A stretch of DNA of 64,000 nt from Minutocellus sp. GHC0000111. Taxonomy: Eukaryota. The notes beneath the pieces are model-generated. The model ran no database searches. It worked only from the letters and a program-made list of their open reading frames with translations, and was not told the origin of the DNA. The translations under genes were made by a program, and so were the position numbers. The stretch lies in NCBI GenBank assembly GCA_977018835.1, contig OZ361256.1, positions 3,968,001 through 4,032,000 on the forward strand, written 5' to 3'. Below, in pieces: positions 22,169-34,409 of the stretch (its first letter is position 1; every line of letters begins with the position of its first letter).

Positions 22169-25051
22169 ATGCGATTCATCGCTCAGTCGGCTGTCAAGGT
22201 CTTTCTGTTCAGCGCCATATTAGCGGCTGGTCACGGCGCTTCCAGCAAACCGTCATTCTTAAGGGGACTTCCCTTTGCCGTCGTTCGAGGAGGTGCATCC
22301 ACTCCTCTCAAAGTTACCGATGTGCCCTCGGGGGGATCGACGAGGACTGTCTCGCCTCCGTCCGACTCGTCTGCGCCATCCACATCATCGTCTGCTGGGT
22401 TGTCGATAGATGAGGCTGGTGAATCCATCAGCGGCAGCAGCGAGGGAGCCGACAGCACATCCAACTTTCAGGTGATCAAGCGAGATGGATCGAACGAACC
22501 TCTCGATCGGCAAAAAATATCGGCGCGGTTGGAGGCCCTCTGCAGCAACGGTGCGATCAACACGCAGTATGTATCGTTGCCTGATCTTGTGGATTCCATC
22601 ATGCGTGGGACGTACCCCAACATAACCACTGACGAGCTCGACACGCTGGCCTCGGAAACGGCGGCATCGCTCTCCACGCAGCATCCTGATTATGCCCGAC
22701 TCGCGGCCAGGATATGCATCTCGTCGGCTCACAAGACAACGCCACAGACATTCTCGGAGGCCATTGCCAAGCTGTACGAAGATGGGAAGGGGTTCATTTC
22801 GTCCGATGTTGGAGAGCTGGTCAAGAGGAGGGGCAAGGAGATCGATGCACGTATTGTCAAGGAGCGTGATTTCGATTTCACCTACTTTGGCTACAAAACG
22901 CTGGAGCGGGCCTATCTGCTCAAGACGGATGAGGGTGAACCAGTGGAAAGGCCACAGTACCTCTTGATGAGAGTAGCGCTTGGCATTCACTGCGGCCGGC
23001 CTGTGGAAGATGATGCTGTCGGCGCTGCTGCCTCTGCTGGAGACAATATTGCATCTGCCCAAAGAACGAAGGAAGAGGAAGATGCCGCTCTCGAGGCTGC
23101 CTTTGAAACGTACGATATGATGAGTCAGGGATATTTTTCACATGCCAGTCCGACGTTGTTTCATTCTGGAACGACGCATCCGCAGCTGTCGTCGTGCTTT
23201 CTGGTCCAAATGGAGGAGGACAGCATCAATGGCATCTACGATACTCTCAAAAAATGTGCCGTCATCTCCAAGGCTGCCGGCGGCATTGGTTTGTCGGTGC
23301 ACAACATTCGTGCGCGTGGAACTCACATTAAGGGAACTCGCGGTGTATCAAATGGACTCGTCCCCATGCTTCGTGTGTATGATGTGACATCCCGCTATGT
23401 TGATCAGGGAGGAGGCAAGCGTCCCGGTGCATTCGCGATTTATCTGGAGCCTTGGCATGCCGACATCTTTGACGTGCTCAACATGAAGAAAACCCACGGC
23501 AAGGAAGAGCAGCGAGCTCGCGACCTCTTTTATGGTCTTTGGGTACCCGATCTATTTATGGAGCGGGTGCAGAACGATGGCATGTGGAGTCTCATGTGTC
23601 CTCATCAGTGCCAGGGTCTGCAGCAGTGTCATGGTGAGGAGTTCAAGCGTCTTTACGAACAATATGAATCCGAGGGCAAATTCGTTCGTCAGGTCAGAGC
23701 GAGGGAGTTGTGGAGCGCCATTATCGATGCCCAGATTGAGACTGGAACTCCCTACATGCTTTACAAGGATGCTGCCAATGAAAAGAGCAATCAGCAGAAT
23801 CTTGGCACAATCCAATGCAGCAATCTGTGCACAGAAATCATACAGTACACAGATGAAAATGAGGTGGCGGTGTGCAATCTGGCCAGCATCTGCCTATCCA
23901 AGTATGTTGTATCGAACCGCGGCGCTTATGGGTCTATTGACAGGGAGGATTCTACAGGTGACGAGTCCACAAAGGCTTACTTTGATCACGAAGCTTTGCA
24001 TCGGGCTACCAAGATCGTAACGAGAAATCTCAACAAGGTCATTGACGTCAATAAGTACCCTTGTCCTGGTGCTCGACTGTCCAATCGACGCCATCGTCCA
24101 GTCGGTATTGGCGTATCTGGACTTGCCGATGCATTTTTGAGAATGGGTCTGCCCTTCACCTCACAGGAGGCTAAGAACTTGAACGAAGCTATCTTCGAAA
24201 CGATTTACCACGCTTCATTGGAGGCCAGTGCCGAACTTGCAGAGGAGTTCGGTGCCTACGATACGTTTGACGGAAGCCCTGCGAGCAAGGGCAAGTTGCA
24301 GCATGATTTGTGGGGCGTGCAAGATGAAGAAACTCTAAGTAATCAGATTTGTCAGGATCGTCTCGACGCTGACCTTGCCGCTTTGCATCGCTACAGTGGG
24401 GACGTTGTCAGCGAGCAAGGATACGATTGGCAGGCGCTGCGCGACAGGATACAAAAGGTCGGACTTCGTAATTCGCTCCTTGTTGCTCCCATGCCCACCG
24501 CTTCGACGTCTCAGATTCTTGGAGTGAACCAATGCTTTGAGCCATTTTCGTCCAATCTGTACGTAAGAAGAGTCAAGGCAGGTGAATTTATCCTGATGAA
24601 TCCTCACCTCTTGCAGGACCTTACCGATGAAGGTCTGTGGACTCCAGCCGTGCGAAATCAGCTCATGCGCGATGGGGGCTCCGTAGCAAATATCGACTGC
24701 ATTCCTGATCGACTCAAGGAGCTTTACAAGACTGTATGGGAAATCAAAATGAAAGTCATTATTGATATGGCTGCCGATAGAGGCAAGTTTATCGACCAAA
24801 GCCAGAGTTTGAACCTGTTCATTGCAGATCCAACCGTCGATAAGCTTACAGCAGCTCATTTCTATGCATGGAAGAAGGGCCTCAAGACAGGCATGTACTA
24901 CCTTCGGACAAAGCCAGCAGTCAATGCCATTCAGTACACGGTCGAAAAGAATCAAGAGGCGAAGAAAGAGGCAGAGGAGAGTCTAGCTGGTGCTCAAAAC
25001 ATGCTACCATCGCAGGGCGATGAAGACATTTGTTTAAGTTGTTCTGCATAA
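22169..25051 (+). CDS. RRM1: Ribonucleoside-diphosphate reductase large subunit (class Ia, with ATP cone) and N-terminal presequence
   Basis: VIKRDG ATP cone, ERPQYLLMRVA, SPTLF, QLSSCFL, DQGGGKRPGA, SNLCTEI, VCNLAS, APMPTASTSQ, KTGMYYLR, C-terminal CLSCSA. Confidence 0.97.
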   Translation: MRFIAQSAVKVFLFSAILAAGHGASSKPSFLRGLPFAVVRGGASTPLKVTDVPSGGSTRTVSPPSDSSAPSTSSSAGLSIDEAGESISGSSEGADSTSNFQVIKRDGSNEPLDRQKISARLEALCSNGAINTQYVSLPDLVDSIMRGTYPNITTDELDTLASETAASLSTQHPDYARLAARICISSAHKTTPQTFSEAIAKLYEDGKGFISSDVGELVKRRGKEIDARIVKERDFDFTYFGYKTLERAYLLKTDEGEPVERPQYLLMRVALGIHCGRPVEDDAVGAAASAGDNIASAQRTKEEEDAALEAAFETYDMMSQGYFSHASPTLFHSGTTHPQLSSCFLVQMEEDSINGIYDTLKKCAVISKAAGGIGLSVHNIRARGTHIKGTRGVSNGLVPMLRVYDVTSRYVDQGGGKRPGAFAIYLEPWHADIFDVLNMKKTHGKEEQRARDLFYGLWVPDLFMERVQNDGMWSLMCPHQCQGLQQCHGEEFKRLYEQYESEGKFVRQVRARELWSAIIDAQIETGTPYMLYKDAANEKSNQQNLGTIQCSNLCTEIIQYTDENEVAVCNLASICLSKYVVSNRGAYGSIDREDSTGDESTKAYFDHEALHRATKIVTRNLNKVIDVNKYPCPGARLSNRRHRPVGIGVSGLADAFLRMGLPFTSQEAKNLNEAIFETIYHASLEASAELAEEFGAYDTFDGSPASKGKLQHDLWGVQDEETLSNQICQDRLDADLAALHRYSGDVVSEQGYDWQALRDRIQKVGLRNSLLVAPMPTASTSQILGVNQCFEPFSSNLYVRRVKAGEFILMNPHLLQDLTDEGLWTPAVRNQLMRDGGSVANIDCIPDRLKELYKTVWEIKMKVIIDMAADRGKFIDQSQSLNLFIADPTVDKLTAAHFYAWKKGLKTGMYYLRTKPAVNAIQYTVEKNQEAKKEAEESLAGAQNMLPSQGDEDICLSCSA

Positions 25052-25141
25052 AGCTAATATATTTTTGTAAATAGATCAAGTGTGCGATTGCGCGCTCTAC
25101 TATTCTTATTGCATTGCCTTATGCTCAATCTAGCTACGTAG

Positions 25142-27038
25142 CTAGTCGGTCGTCACCAGTGTGTGCATCCAGCCCTTGTGAATGTGCCGGACACCACGCT
25201 CGGTGTCACCATCGGCGGAACCACTGTCCTCCAGATATGTCAAAAGAGGGTCCACCCAGCCTGGCTCAAAAGCTGCTCCATCTCGAAGCTCTTCGTGACT
25301 CCAGAGTTGGACCTCCAGAACCTGGTCTCCATGCTTACCCACGACGGTAGTTCGATCGAAATGGGCCGTGAATTGACGAGGTGGCATGTCGATGACGTCC
25401 GGGGGAATTATTTCGACGGCACCGCCATAAATGGGTTGAACCGTATCGGTAGCAACCCCAATGGCGTAGACACTTCCATCTTCCAGTAGGAATGCTGTAG
25501 ATGTGATCCAGCGGCAACGTCAACGAGTTCAACATTAGGCGGCAAACCATTCACCATTGCCGGCAGCGTAGCATCGTCTGCGAATTTTCCGGTCTTTGGC
25601 GATTTGATCCCGTCGCCATCTGGACTGGCATCGTAAGGCAATGTATTCTTACCCCATATCCATGCGCGGTTGGACGCGGTTATGGCCGCGGAATGGTTCA
25701 AGCCTGCAGCTATTCGAGTCACTTTTGCCTCATCCCCAGACAATAATTTGTGTTTCTTGGGAATATTAATTACCTTCTCTTCCGAGTTCAGCCATTCCAA
25801 TTGGGCGCCCATTGTATATTCGGGGCAAAAATGAGTCACCGGTACGGCACTGTACTCTATATCTGAGATGGCGCGACTTTCGTTCTGTCCAGGTGAGGGT
25901 ACCCCGAGCTGGCCTCTTGCTCCTTTGCCAAAGCTGTAGAGCTGACCATTGTCGTCAAGAGCGAGACCATGCTGCAAGCCAAGCGCAACTGATACGATCG
26001 GCCGATCTTGTTTGAGTGCCGCGCGTCCCTTTTTTCTCTTCTTTTTCTTCTTTGCTTCATCTTCAGTGCTTGTTTCGCCTTCGCCGTTGTCTTCATCGTC
26101 GTTTTCGTCATCTCTCTCATCACCAATTGGTGGCGGTCGCATGCTCAAGCCTGCTACTGGAGTGGGGTCCCAAATGTTGAACAAATCTTTTTCGCCCACA
26201 CCACATTGGCCTCGATGGTTCAATCCAAACGTGTAGAGAATACCTGATTTGCCAATCACGGCTGTAAGACCTGCCGATGCGGCCAGTACATGGTTGTTAC
26301 TCCCATCTGTGGCTACGGCTGGTTCATCACCATCGGGCAGTTCGACTCGGAATGGTGTGGGATACAGCCCATATCGCACCTCCACTTCGTCCAAACCCTT
26401 CTTCTCCATGTTGTCTCGCTCTTGCGTACCAGCGGACATGATGGTATCGACGAATCGAGCCATCGTCCCCCGGGCCGCCTTGACAATCTCCCGGTCTGGT
26501 CGCGTCGTTCCATCGTCGTACTTGAGGCTATTGGATACAATGTACCTTCTCAGGAAGGTCGGCAATCGCTTGAGACGTAGCATGGTTTGAAAGTCCTGCG
26601 GTCGGCCGGCAATGTACAGAGCGCTGCCACCCGTTGAGGGATCCTGCGCGATGAAGGCCGAGTGGCCCCAACCTGCCGCTGCGGCCGTTACTATGGGAGG
26701 TTCGCCGTCAGCTTGATCAGCATCAGCATCCGTGCTACCGCTGCTCGATGCCAGCGCATCTCTCCGCAGCTCAATCAACTCTTCGGTCCCCTCCCCACCG
26801 GCAACCAACGACCCGTCGCTGATCTCGCCATCGACCATGACCTCCCTGCCCAGTCCCAGGGCTCCGGTCCCGTGACGAAGATGGACGACATGGTCCTGCT
26901 GCTGCATAGCTGGTTTGGGCGAAAAAGCAGCGCGTCGTGTGATCGACTCAGGACATGCCGTTGGCGACAGCCAGCGGCGAGCGTGGTTGAGGCTAGTCGC
27001 GTACCAGCGCGTGCACGCGCTGCCAATGGCGTCGCCAT
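25142..27038 (-). CDS. RCC1-repeat protein, possibly mitochondrial; frameshifts at about 26870 and 25499
   Basis: AAAGWGHSAFI, YTFGLNHRGQCGVG, VALGLQHGLAL...YSFGKGARGQLG, IAAGLNHSA. The shifted frame continues GSH/TAFLLEDGSVYAIG into ORF 25142-25387. Arg/Ala-rich N-terminus. Confidence 0.75.
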
Positions 27039-27483
27039 GGTTGCTGTAAAATAAATAATGAGAGGCTCTGCGCTCCAGGGGCCTATTTCTGATACGCCAT
27101 TATGACACCAAAATAGAAAAGGCCTTTCTTGAGCCATCCATGCGTTGGAGCTTCATCCTTCTCGACACAAGAATGGCGTTCTGCCCGGTGCGGTGCCAGA
27201 TAACAGCGGCGCACGGCCACAGACTACCAATAGAGATACCAATACGATCGATCGAACGTGTTCTTTGTCGTGTGGTTCACGTGAAACGGTGCATCAATTG
27301 AGCGCTCGGCCTGTCTATTCGAAACCAAACAAAAGACATACAATTGTCATCAACGTCATCAGAATTTTGGTGAAAGAATTCAAATCAATTCACCGGTACC
27401 GCATGAGCGCAGCAGAATTCAGATTGACATGAGGAAGCATCCTGTACCTGGAGCAAATTAATAATCCAAAACGCTACCGCATT

Positions 27484-30400
27484 ATGTTCTACCAGCGAAT
27501 ATACGCCTTTCTCTTGCGGCGCATCCTCGGGCCGTATCTGACTTTGGACTCTTGCGCCAAGCTTCACTCTTGCATTGAGGTGGCCGTGTCCGAAGGTCGT
27601 TACGTTCTGCGGGATGTGGAACTGAGGGGGGACAGGATTGCCGAGCTGCTGGGACTGGCTTCGGGCGATGGTGATGATCAGCAGAGCAGTGACAGTGGCA
27701 ATGGCAGTGCCGGCAGCAATTTGACCGTTTGCAGGGCCACTGTTCGGCGTCTTGCGGTTGTGCTTTCATTGCGTGATAGCGAAGAGAAGAACACTGCCAG
27801 TACAAGTGCCACTGTTGCAAATGCAAATAGAATCGCATCGAACGGAGCACGGCAGTATCACCGGTCGGAGTCAGCGCCTGCGTCCATTTCATCTGCATCG
27901 GCCTCACCGGCAAGCGGTACATCTACCTTGTCCTCGACCATTAGCAGAACAGCACGGCTGGGCACATTAGGCGGAGGTGTATCGCTCATTGCAACTGTGG
28001 AAATTGATGGGTTGGAGGTTGATTTGGTACCTGTTACTACCATCTCTAGGCCTACCTAGGTACATCGTCTCGACAAAAAGCAGCTTCTGATCGGAGAAGA
28101 AGCAGCTACACTCATGCTCAATCTACCGGCAGCACGCTGCCGTCCTCCTCATCCACTGATCTAAATGATGGCAACAAAGTTGCTGGTGGGGGTGGATTGC
28201 TAGCGTCGTACGTAGATGCTGCCATGAAGTCCCTTCGATTGAGTGCAGAGCTATCACATATGCGCCTTCGCATTCTATCCAAGAAAAATGCAACTGCCGA
28301 CGCGCCTTGGGTCGGTGTTCGGTTGCAATCTCTAAAGTATCACGATCTCACTGTGCTTCCAGAAGATAAAGCAACGTCGTCAGCGTCAGGGTCTCCTGTG
28401 TTGAGGAAGGAGATTGAATTCAATGGCCTTGCCTTCGAAGTTGGTGGTAAGAAGGATGGAAATATATCGTTGGAGAGCGGTGAAAATGTTTCCGTAAAGG
28501 ATGAAGTGAAAACCGGCGACAGAAATGAGACCCAGACAATTGCAGAGATGAAAGGTTCTGGAGATATCAAGATCCTTGCCCATGCCATTACCGTTTCCAC
28601 TTCTGGCAGCAAATCTTCATCAGTATCCATTGCGAACACATCGTTGAATAACATTGCGAATAAGACGAAGGAGGAGATAACTCGCCTTCGGAACGACATT
28701 GACTTCAGACTTGGCGACTCAAGATTTGATCTGTGTCTGGGTCGTAGTAGTTTGGAGTACGTGTCCACAGTTGTACACGCGATGAATGCCCCAGTCGATG
28801 GATTTATTGATGACGCTGCCGCAGACTACGACGAGGACAACTTGAATAGCAATGAAGATGCATTCTTTGACGAGGCTTCGGATGCAAAGGCTCTATCGGA
28901 TATGATGAGACAGTACGCTGAGGCACGGCATTTGGCTCGAACTCAGCAAATTCGTGGCGGGATAATGTTACCTAGTGGTGATGAGGACGGTTTCGATACA
29001 TTCTTTGACGCAAATGATGAGAGTTTTTGTGCCTATCGATCAATGATAGGAGATAGCGCTCTGTCGTCAGAGCGGGCCGGCCTGGACGACTTTGTTCACA
29101 CAAGAGTAACTTTTGGTTTCTTTGAGACGACTCTCAAGGTGATTTGGGGTTCATCTGAATCAGAATATGTTTCGCTAACAGTTGGGGAAATAAAAGCGAC
29201 AGCAACTCAGTCGGCGGCAGAGTCAAATCTTAACCTTGCTCTGTCGTATCTTGAGGTTGAAGATTCGTATGAGAAGCGAGACGCAAATGGACGAACGATC
29301 ACAGATGTCGGTAATATTCTTCGATTTGTTGATGATGGTGCGTCTGAAGGGACTCAGATAGCAGATGAGGGATGCGTCTTGTCGTCATCTCCTTGTTTGT
29401 CTCTTAACTTGAGTCAAAAGAATATCGGAAAGGATCGGACAGACACAAACATTGATTTATTTTTGCATACGTTGGAAGTTACCCATCGCCCATCGATTCA
29501 AAGCATCATTTCTTCTCTTCATTCTTTGAGCGAAGAGGCAACCAATGCCACGAAAGCAGAAGACATTGCTACGAAAGAAGGTAGCCGACAAAAATCTCCT
29601 CGGCATCGATCGGCCGAAAGAGACCCTGCCACGTCTCAAAGTCCCAATACGCTTCAATGTGCGATTCACATACCAACGGTGACCGTGTTTCTTCCCCTCG
29701 CCATCGGTTGTGGTTTAGATGTCAATGATTTTGATCAAAATGGTCTGTTTGATCGATGTGGATACACGGTACCAAAATTATCTGGATGTGAGTCAACCTC
29801 TGTAGGCCTGGTCTTCTCTGATGTTGTTCTTGACATCAGCAACGATGTGGTCGTCCCGGAAAATAATCAAAATGATTGCGCAATCGGAGATAGTACAAAT
29901 GATGAAGGTACTGTCGGCATAAAGACAACGAGTGTCTCATGCCAAAACTCCATGTTGTTCGTTGCCACGCCCATTCGAGAGAATTCTGGTAGATCATTCC
30001 GAGTTGTGGACATCTGTGCATTCTCTAGCGAAAGCTCTATTGAGGCAAATTCCATCATCAAAGTTCAATACTCGGAGCGAATATCCTTGGAGGAAACCGG
30101 CAAAGAACCCAGCCAGACCAAGCCCCTTTGTCAAAAGGGTAATTTTCCGTTGGTTCCGCCACTTTCAGCAGTCAAAGCTCAACAGCAATTTGAGGCCGAT
30201 GAAGTGGATGATATTTACAGAACTAATGAGAGTGGGGTCTCTGTACCGGTACTTGCCGGTAACGCAGCTTCGTTGAAGATCACAGATCCGCAATATGCCA
30301 TGTCAGCGGAGACCAACGCATGTGATAGGAACATTGAAGTTCAGGTTCCAAGCTTGGTTGTGGACTTGGGTCAGAAGGAAATTTCATGCCTCGTGCATCT

Positions 30401-33400
30401 TTTTGAGTCTTTCTCGACCGAAAATACAGAGAAGGGTGGAACTGAGGATTCAGTCGACACTTCGGATCAGAGAGATTTTGATGATGGTGCTGATCCAACC
30501 AGCAGACCGAAGGGAGGCACAGGAGTCGCGTTCAGCTTTGATCAAATCTCGGTTGCTCTGCATGGTAATTCAAAAGGAACCCACTCCCCTCCAGCGTATG
30601 TCGCCATGCTGGACAGAGCCAAGGTGCATGTGCTGGCAACTCTAGGCGGCGGAATCCGGCACACTCGTCTTCTCCTTCAAGATGTCACTCTCTACGAAGC
30701 GGATGGTCTTGGTCTTTCACGTTCGATCAAATCGATGGAAGCATCAGATGCCTCTATGGCACTGACGGCTCGTTGCATGGAGGTCAGATGGCGAGGCATG
30801 CGATCTTCACTGACAAGTAATGCTCGGCCACTCTGCTACAGATCCAAATTGAGCCGACCTCTATCGCCAGAGACGCCGGCAGTTATATTTGATGTGATAA
30901 ATCGGAGCTATGGTGCTGGTGATTTTGATGATGAAGACGACGAGGACGAGCGAGAGATCCACCTGCTTGTCTACGACGTAACGTGCCGATACGATTCCAG
31001 CTTTGACCCGTCCACTCTATCATCAATTCTTTCTTTCCGTGGTGACGAGGCAGAGCAGCAAGACAATTGCAGCGATACGAAATCTCATCCCAGCAGTGCC
31101 GTGGAATCGTCATCGCTAACGAACCTATTTGTAACGTTCTCCGACTGCGCTCTTGATTACAGCTCGCCCGACAGCTTTGTTCGAGCTTCGAGATGTCTTG
31201 TCCGTGTTTCGGAGGTCAGGGCATCTAGCAACATCGTCTCGCCCTCTGGATTATTTCAGGCATACAAGCTGTCAATGGGGGATGTATCGATCCATTTGGC
31301 GAGCGCAAGATTCCCATACAACGCCGAAAATATGCTCTTGAGCTGCAGTAAGACAATTTTGGACCCCCAAGACTTGCTCGTGGGCTCCACGGCAGGTAGT
31401 GACAATCGTGGCGAAGCGTTTCCCATCAACAACGCAATACCAATCGATGCAACTCTCCGTCGCATGAAATTCATTCAGATTGCAACACTCGATTCCATTG
31501 ATGCCCTCATTGTGATTTCCAATTGTAATTCGCCGCAAGCAAGTGGTCAGCACGCAAATGGCAGTACCAAGAAGAAGGAGTCTTCGATTCGGCGCCCAAA
31601 TACAGCCGCAACGTTGTCTCTTGGACAGATGAATTTGTATGCGTGTCAAGATTCCTTTAATTGCTTCACCGAGATGATCGGAGAATGGGTACTTCACTAC
31701 ACGACTCCCTCGCCCGATGAAATAGAAGAGATCAAGGCCTCACTTGACCGTACCGGTCCTGGTAATTCAGAAAGGTCCCGCGACAAGAAGAGTGTTTCTT
31801 TGCCGCCGACAGGAGCATCCTCGGGTGCAAACAAATCTACCAAGACAATTCATGACACGGCAACCAATGCATCGTCACGAGACGATTCCGTGCTAGAAAG
31901 AATCGATGACGACATGTTTGTTGGTAAGACAGGGGCTCCTTCTAGTGGCAGTATGAATCACGATGATGACGACATTGATGATGATGACCTGTTCTCAAGC
32001 TTTGATGAATTACCACCTCCGTCTACCGGACTGAATGGTTTCGAGGGAACTCCGTCCTTCACCGAAGACGAAGATGAATGGCTTGCCGTTGATTATGAGT
32101 GGTCGAACGACACAAGCATACCGCCCGGGAAGGATCAAGCAGCAAGATGGCTTTCTAATAGTGCTTCTTCCAGCACCAGCGACAATGACGCTCGGAAAGG
32201 AAGAGCCAGAGACCAGCGACATCTCTCACGAGGCCAAACGCCTCTTTGAGAGGAAAGTCGACGAATAATGTCAAGATTGTCTCCCAGCATGTTCCTATCC
32301 AAGCTCTTTCAGATCCTCTTTCTACCGGTGACATGGACGCTGCCAAATTTGCTGGCACCGAGACAGCGCCACCCGTCGACACGCGTATAATCGTCAAGGA
32401 CTGTTCCGTGAACCTACGCTTTTTCGATGGATATGACTGGCCTGAGCTTCAGGAACAAAAGAACAAGGCAAGCAGCAACGCAGCCAAAAAAGATGCAGTG
32501 GACAGAAAGACGAAATTGTTGAGCGAGCTGCTTCAGAACGACGAAGACGAAACGGAGAGCAGTTGTCCAGGAAACGCTTCCTTGACAAGCCGACCACAGA
32601 ATGGCTTTACTGAACAAAAATCTTCACCGATAAAATTCGAGCCACGACAAGCAAGCAAGTTCTTCCAACTTACCGGACAGAAAATGAGGCTACGGATAGA
32701 TACGTTTGAAGAGTCGGCGGATCATCGGCTGGCATCGTGCATGGACTTGTCCCTCAATGACTTATTTTTAGCCGAAACCATCAGTGGTGATAAACCAGTG
32801 AAGATCCTTGGCGAGTGGTTCAACGAGGCCGAACATCCACGTGACACCGGGGATGGGATTCTCATGATGAAGATGGTTTCTATGCATCCTGTAAATCAAA
32901 TATCTGCCGATGGGAAATTCATGTCCGATGAAAGTCGAGTTACTATGGAGTTGCTACCTCTGCGATTCTTCGTCTATCAAACTGCTCTTCGATTTATCCG
33001 GGACTTCTTCTGTGGTCCTGCTGATGATGGCAATGGCGACGGGGACGGCGAGTCACGAGGGCAAGAAGGCGACATGGCGACATCATCATCTGCAGCCGGC
33101 AACCAGCCTTCATCCATCGAGGAAAGTGGTAATGATGAGATACTCGTCTCTCCCACATTCTTTCACTCTTTTAAAATGCGCCCCTGCAAACTCAAGGTCG
33201 ACTACAGACCAGAGCGTCTTGATACTGCGGCTCTACGAGATGGTTCCTACGTCGAGTTAGTGAATCTGCTCCCCCTTGAGGAGATGGTCCTGACGCTCAA
33301 GCCGGTGGAGATACGGAATCTGACTGGTTGGGGTAGTGTCTTCGGCGAAATCGCTCGTCGTTGGATTGAGGATATCTGCGCAACGCAGATGCACAAATTT

Positions 33401-33988
33401 CTTACAAAGTCAAGGCCTTTTCAGCCATTCTCCAGCGTCGGTTCTGCCAGTAAGGATCTGGTGATGATTCCACTCCAAGAGTACAAACAAGATGGAAGCA
33501 TCATCAAGGGGATTCGCGACAGCACATCGGCCTTGGCCGGAACCGTCGCCTATGAGGCACTCAATACTTCAGCAAAGGTGACAAGATATGCTGCTAACCG
33601 ACTTAGTGGTATATCACGGGGAGGGAAGGCGTCCGACTATTCTTCCTCGTCCGGCGAGAGTCGCATGATTGTTTCTTTGCCATCGAGACCAGACGAGGTC
33701 CCAAGCAGTTTCGTCGATGTGAGCAGCCATGCCTTCGATTCGCTGACTGCAGGTCTGCGTGAAGCCAACTACAAGATTGTTTACATACCTTACAAGGAAT
33801 ATCGACGAAAGGGGGCATCAGGAGCTGCAAAGAGTGTAGTTCGAGGTATCCCGGTGGCTGTTCGAGCCCCCTTGAGTGGTGCATCGGAGGCGTTATCGTA
33901 CACACTGCTTGGTGTTCGGAATCAGCTGCGGCCTGACATGATGAAGGAAGAGAAGGCAAATTTGCGGGGCCTGTCAAGCGATTTCTAG
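27484..33988 (+). pseudogene. ATG2: Autophagy protein ATG2; broken by a 14-bp insertion at 28049-28062 and a frameshift near 32240
   Basis: Chorein-N start (QRIYAFLLRRILGPYL...LRDVEL); LYACQDSF; RFFDGYDW; LLPLRFFVYQTALRFIRDFF; LKVDYRP...YVELVNLLPLEE; AKSVVRGIPVAV...GASEALSYTLLGVRNQLRPD. Confidence 0.85.
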
Positions 33989-34409
33989 CTCCTCGCGTAT
34001 CATAAGGTAGCTTTCAAATTCTAATCAATACATACTTACCGGTATTTTGGCTTCTGTTTTAGATATTAGAGGACTCAATAGTTCTCTCTAGCTAGTCTAA
34101 ACCTTGGATGCCGCGTAGCTGGGCCACCTTTGATCCTCCGCCACAGGGGGAGAGAGATGAGACCTTTGACAATATCGAGGAATCTGTCTACCATTGAGTT
34201 CCCTTCGTGGGACAGTAGATAGCCTGTCTAATATAAGGAATGCTTACCGCTTATCGCTAGTTATTTTTAGAAGGATTAAATCAAATTTTGTCCCCACCCG
34301 TGCCCGTGCATAATTACCTCTCTCCTCTCTTCTCAAGTAAGAGAGGTCTACACAACAGGCGAATAGCTCGTCTACAGTGCCAACTGACAACTGTGGCGAG
34401 ATCTCATTA

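Noticed and set aside
22169..25051. Viral (NCLDV) origin or intein in the RNR
   Set aside because: Eukaryote-type sequence among nuclear housekeeping genes, no viral hallmark genes, and the insertions are short and lack intein motifs.
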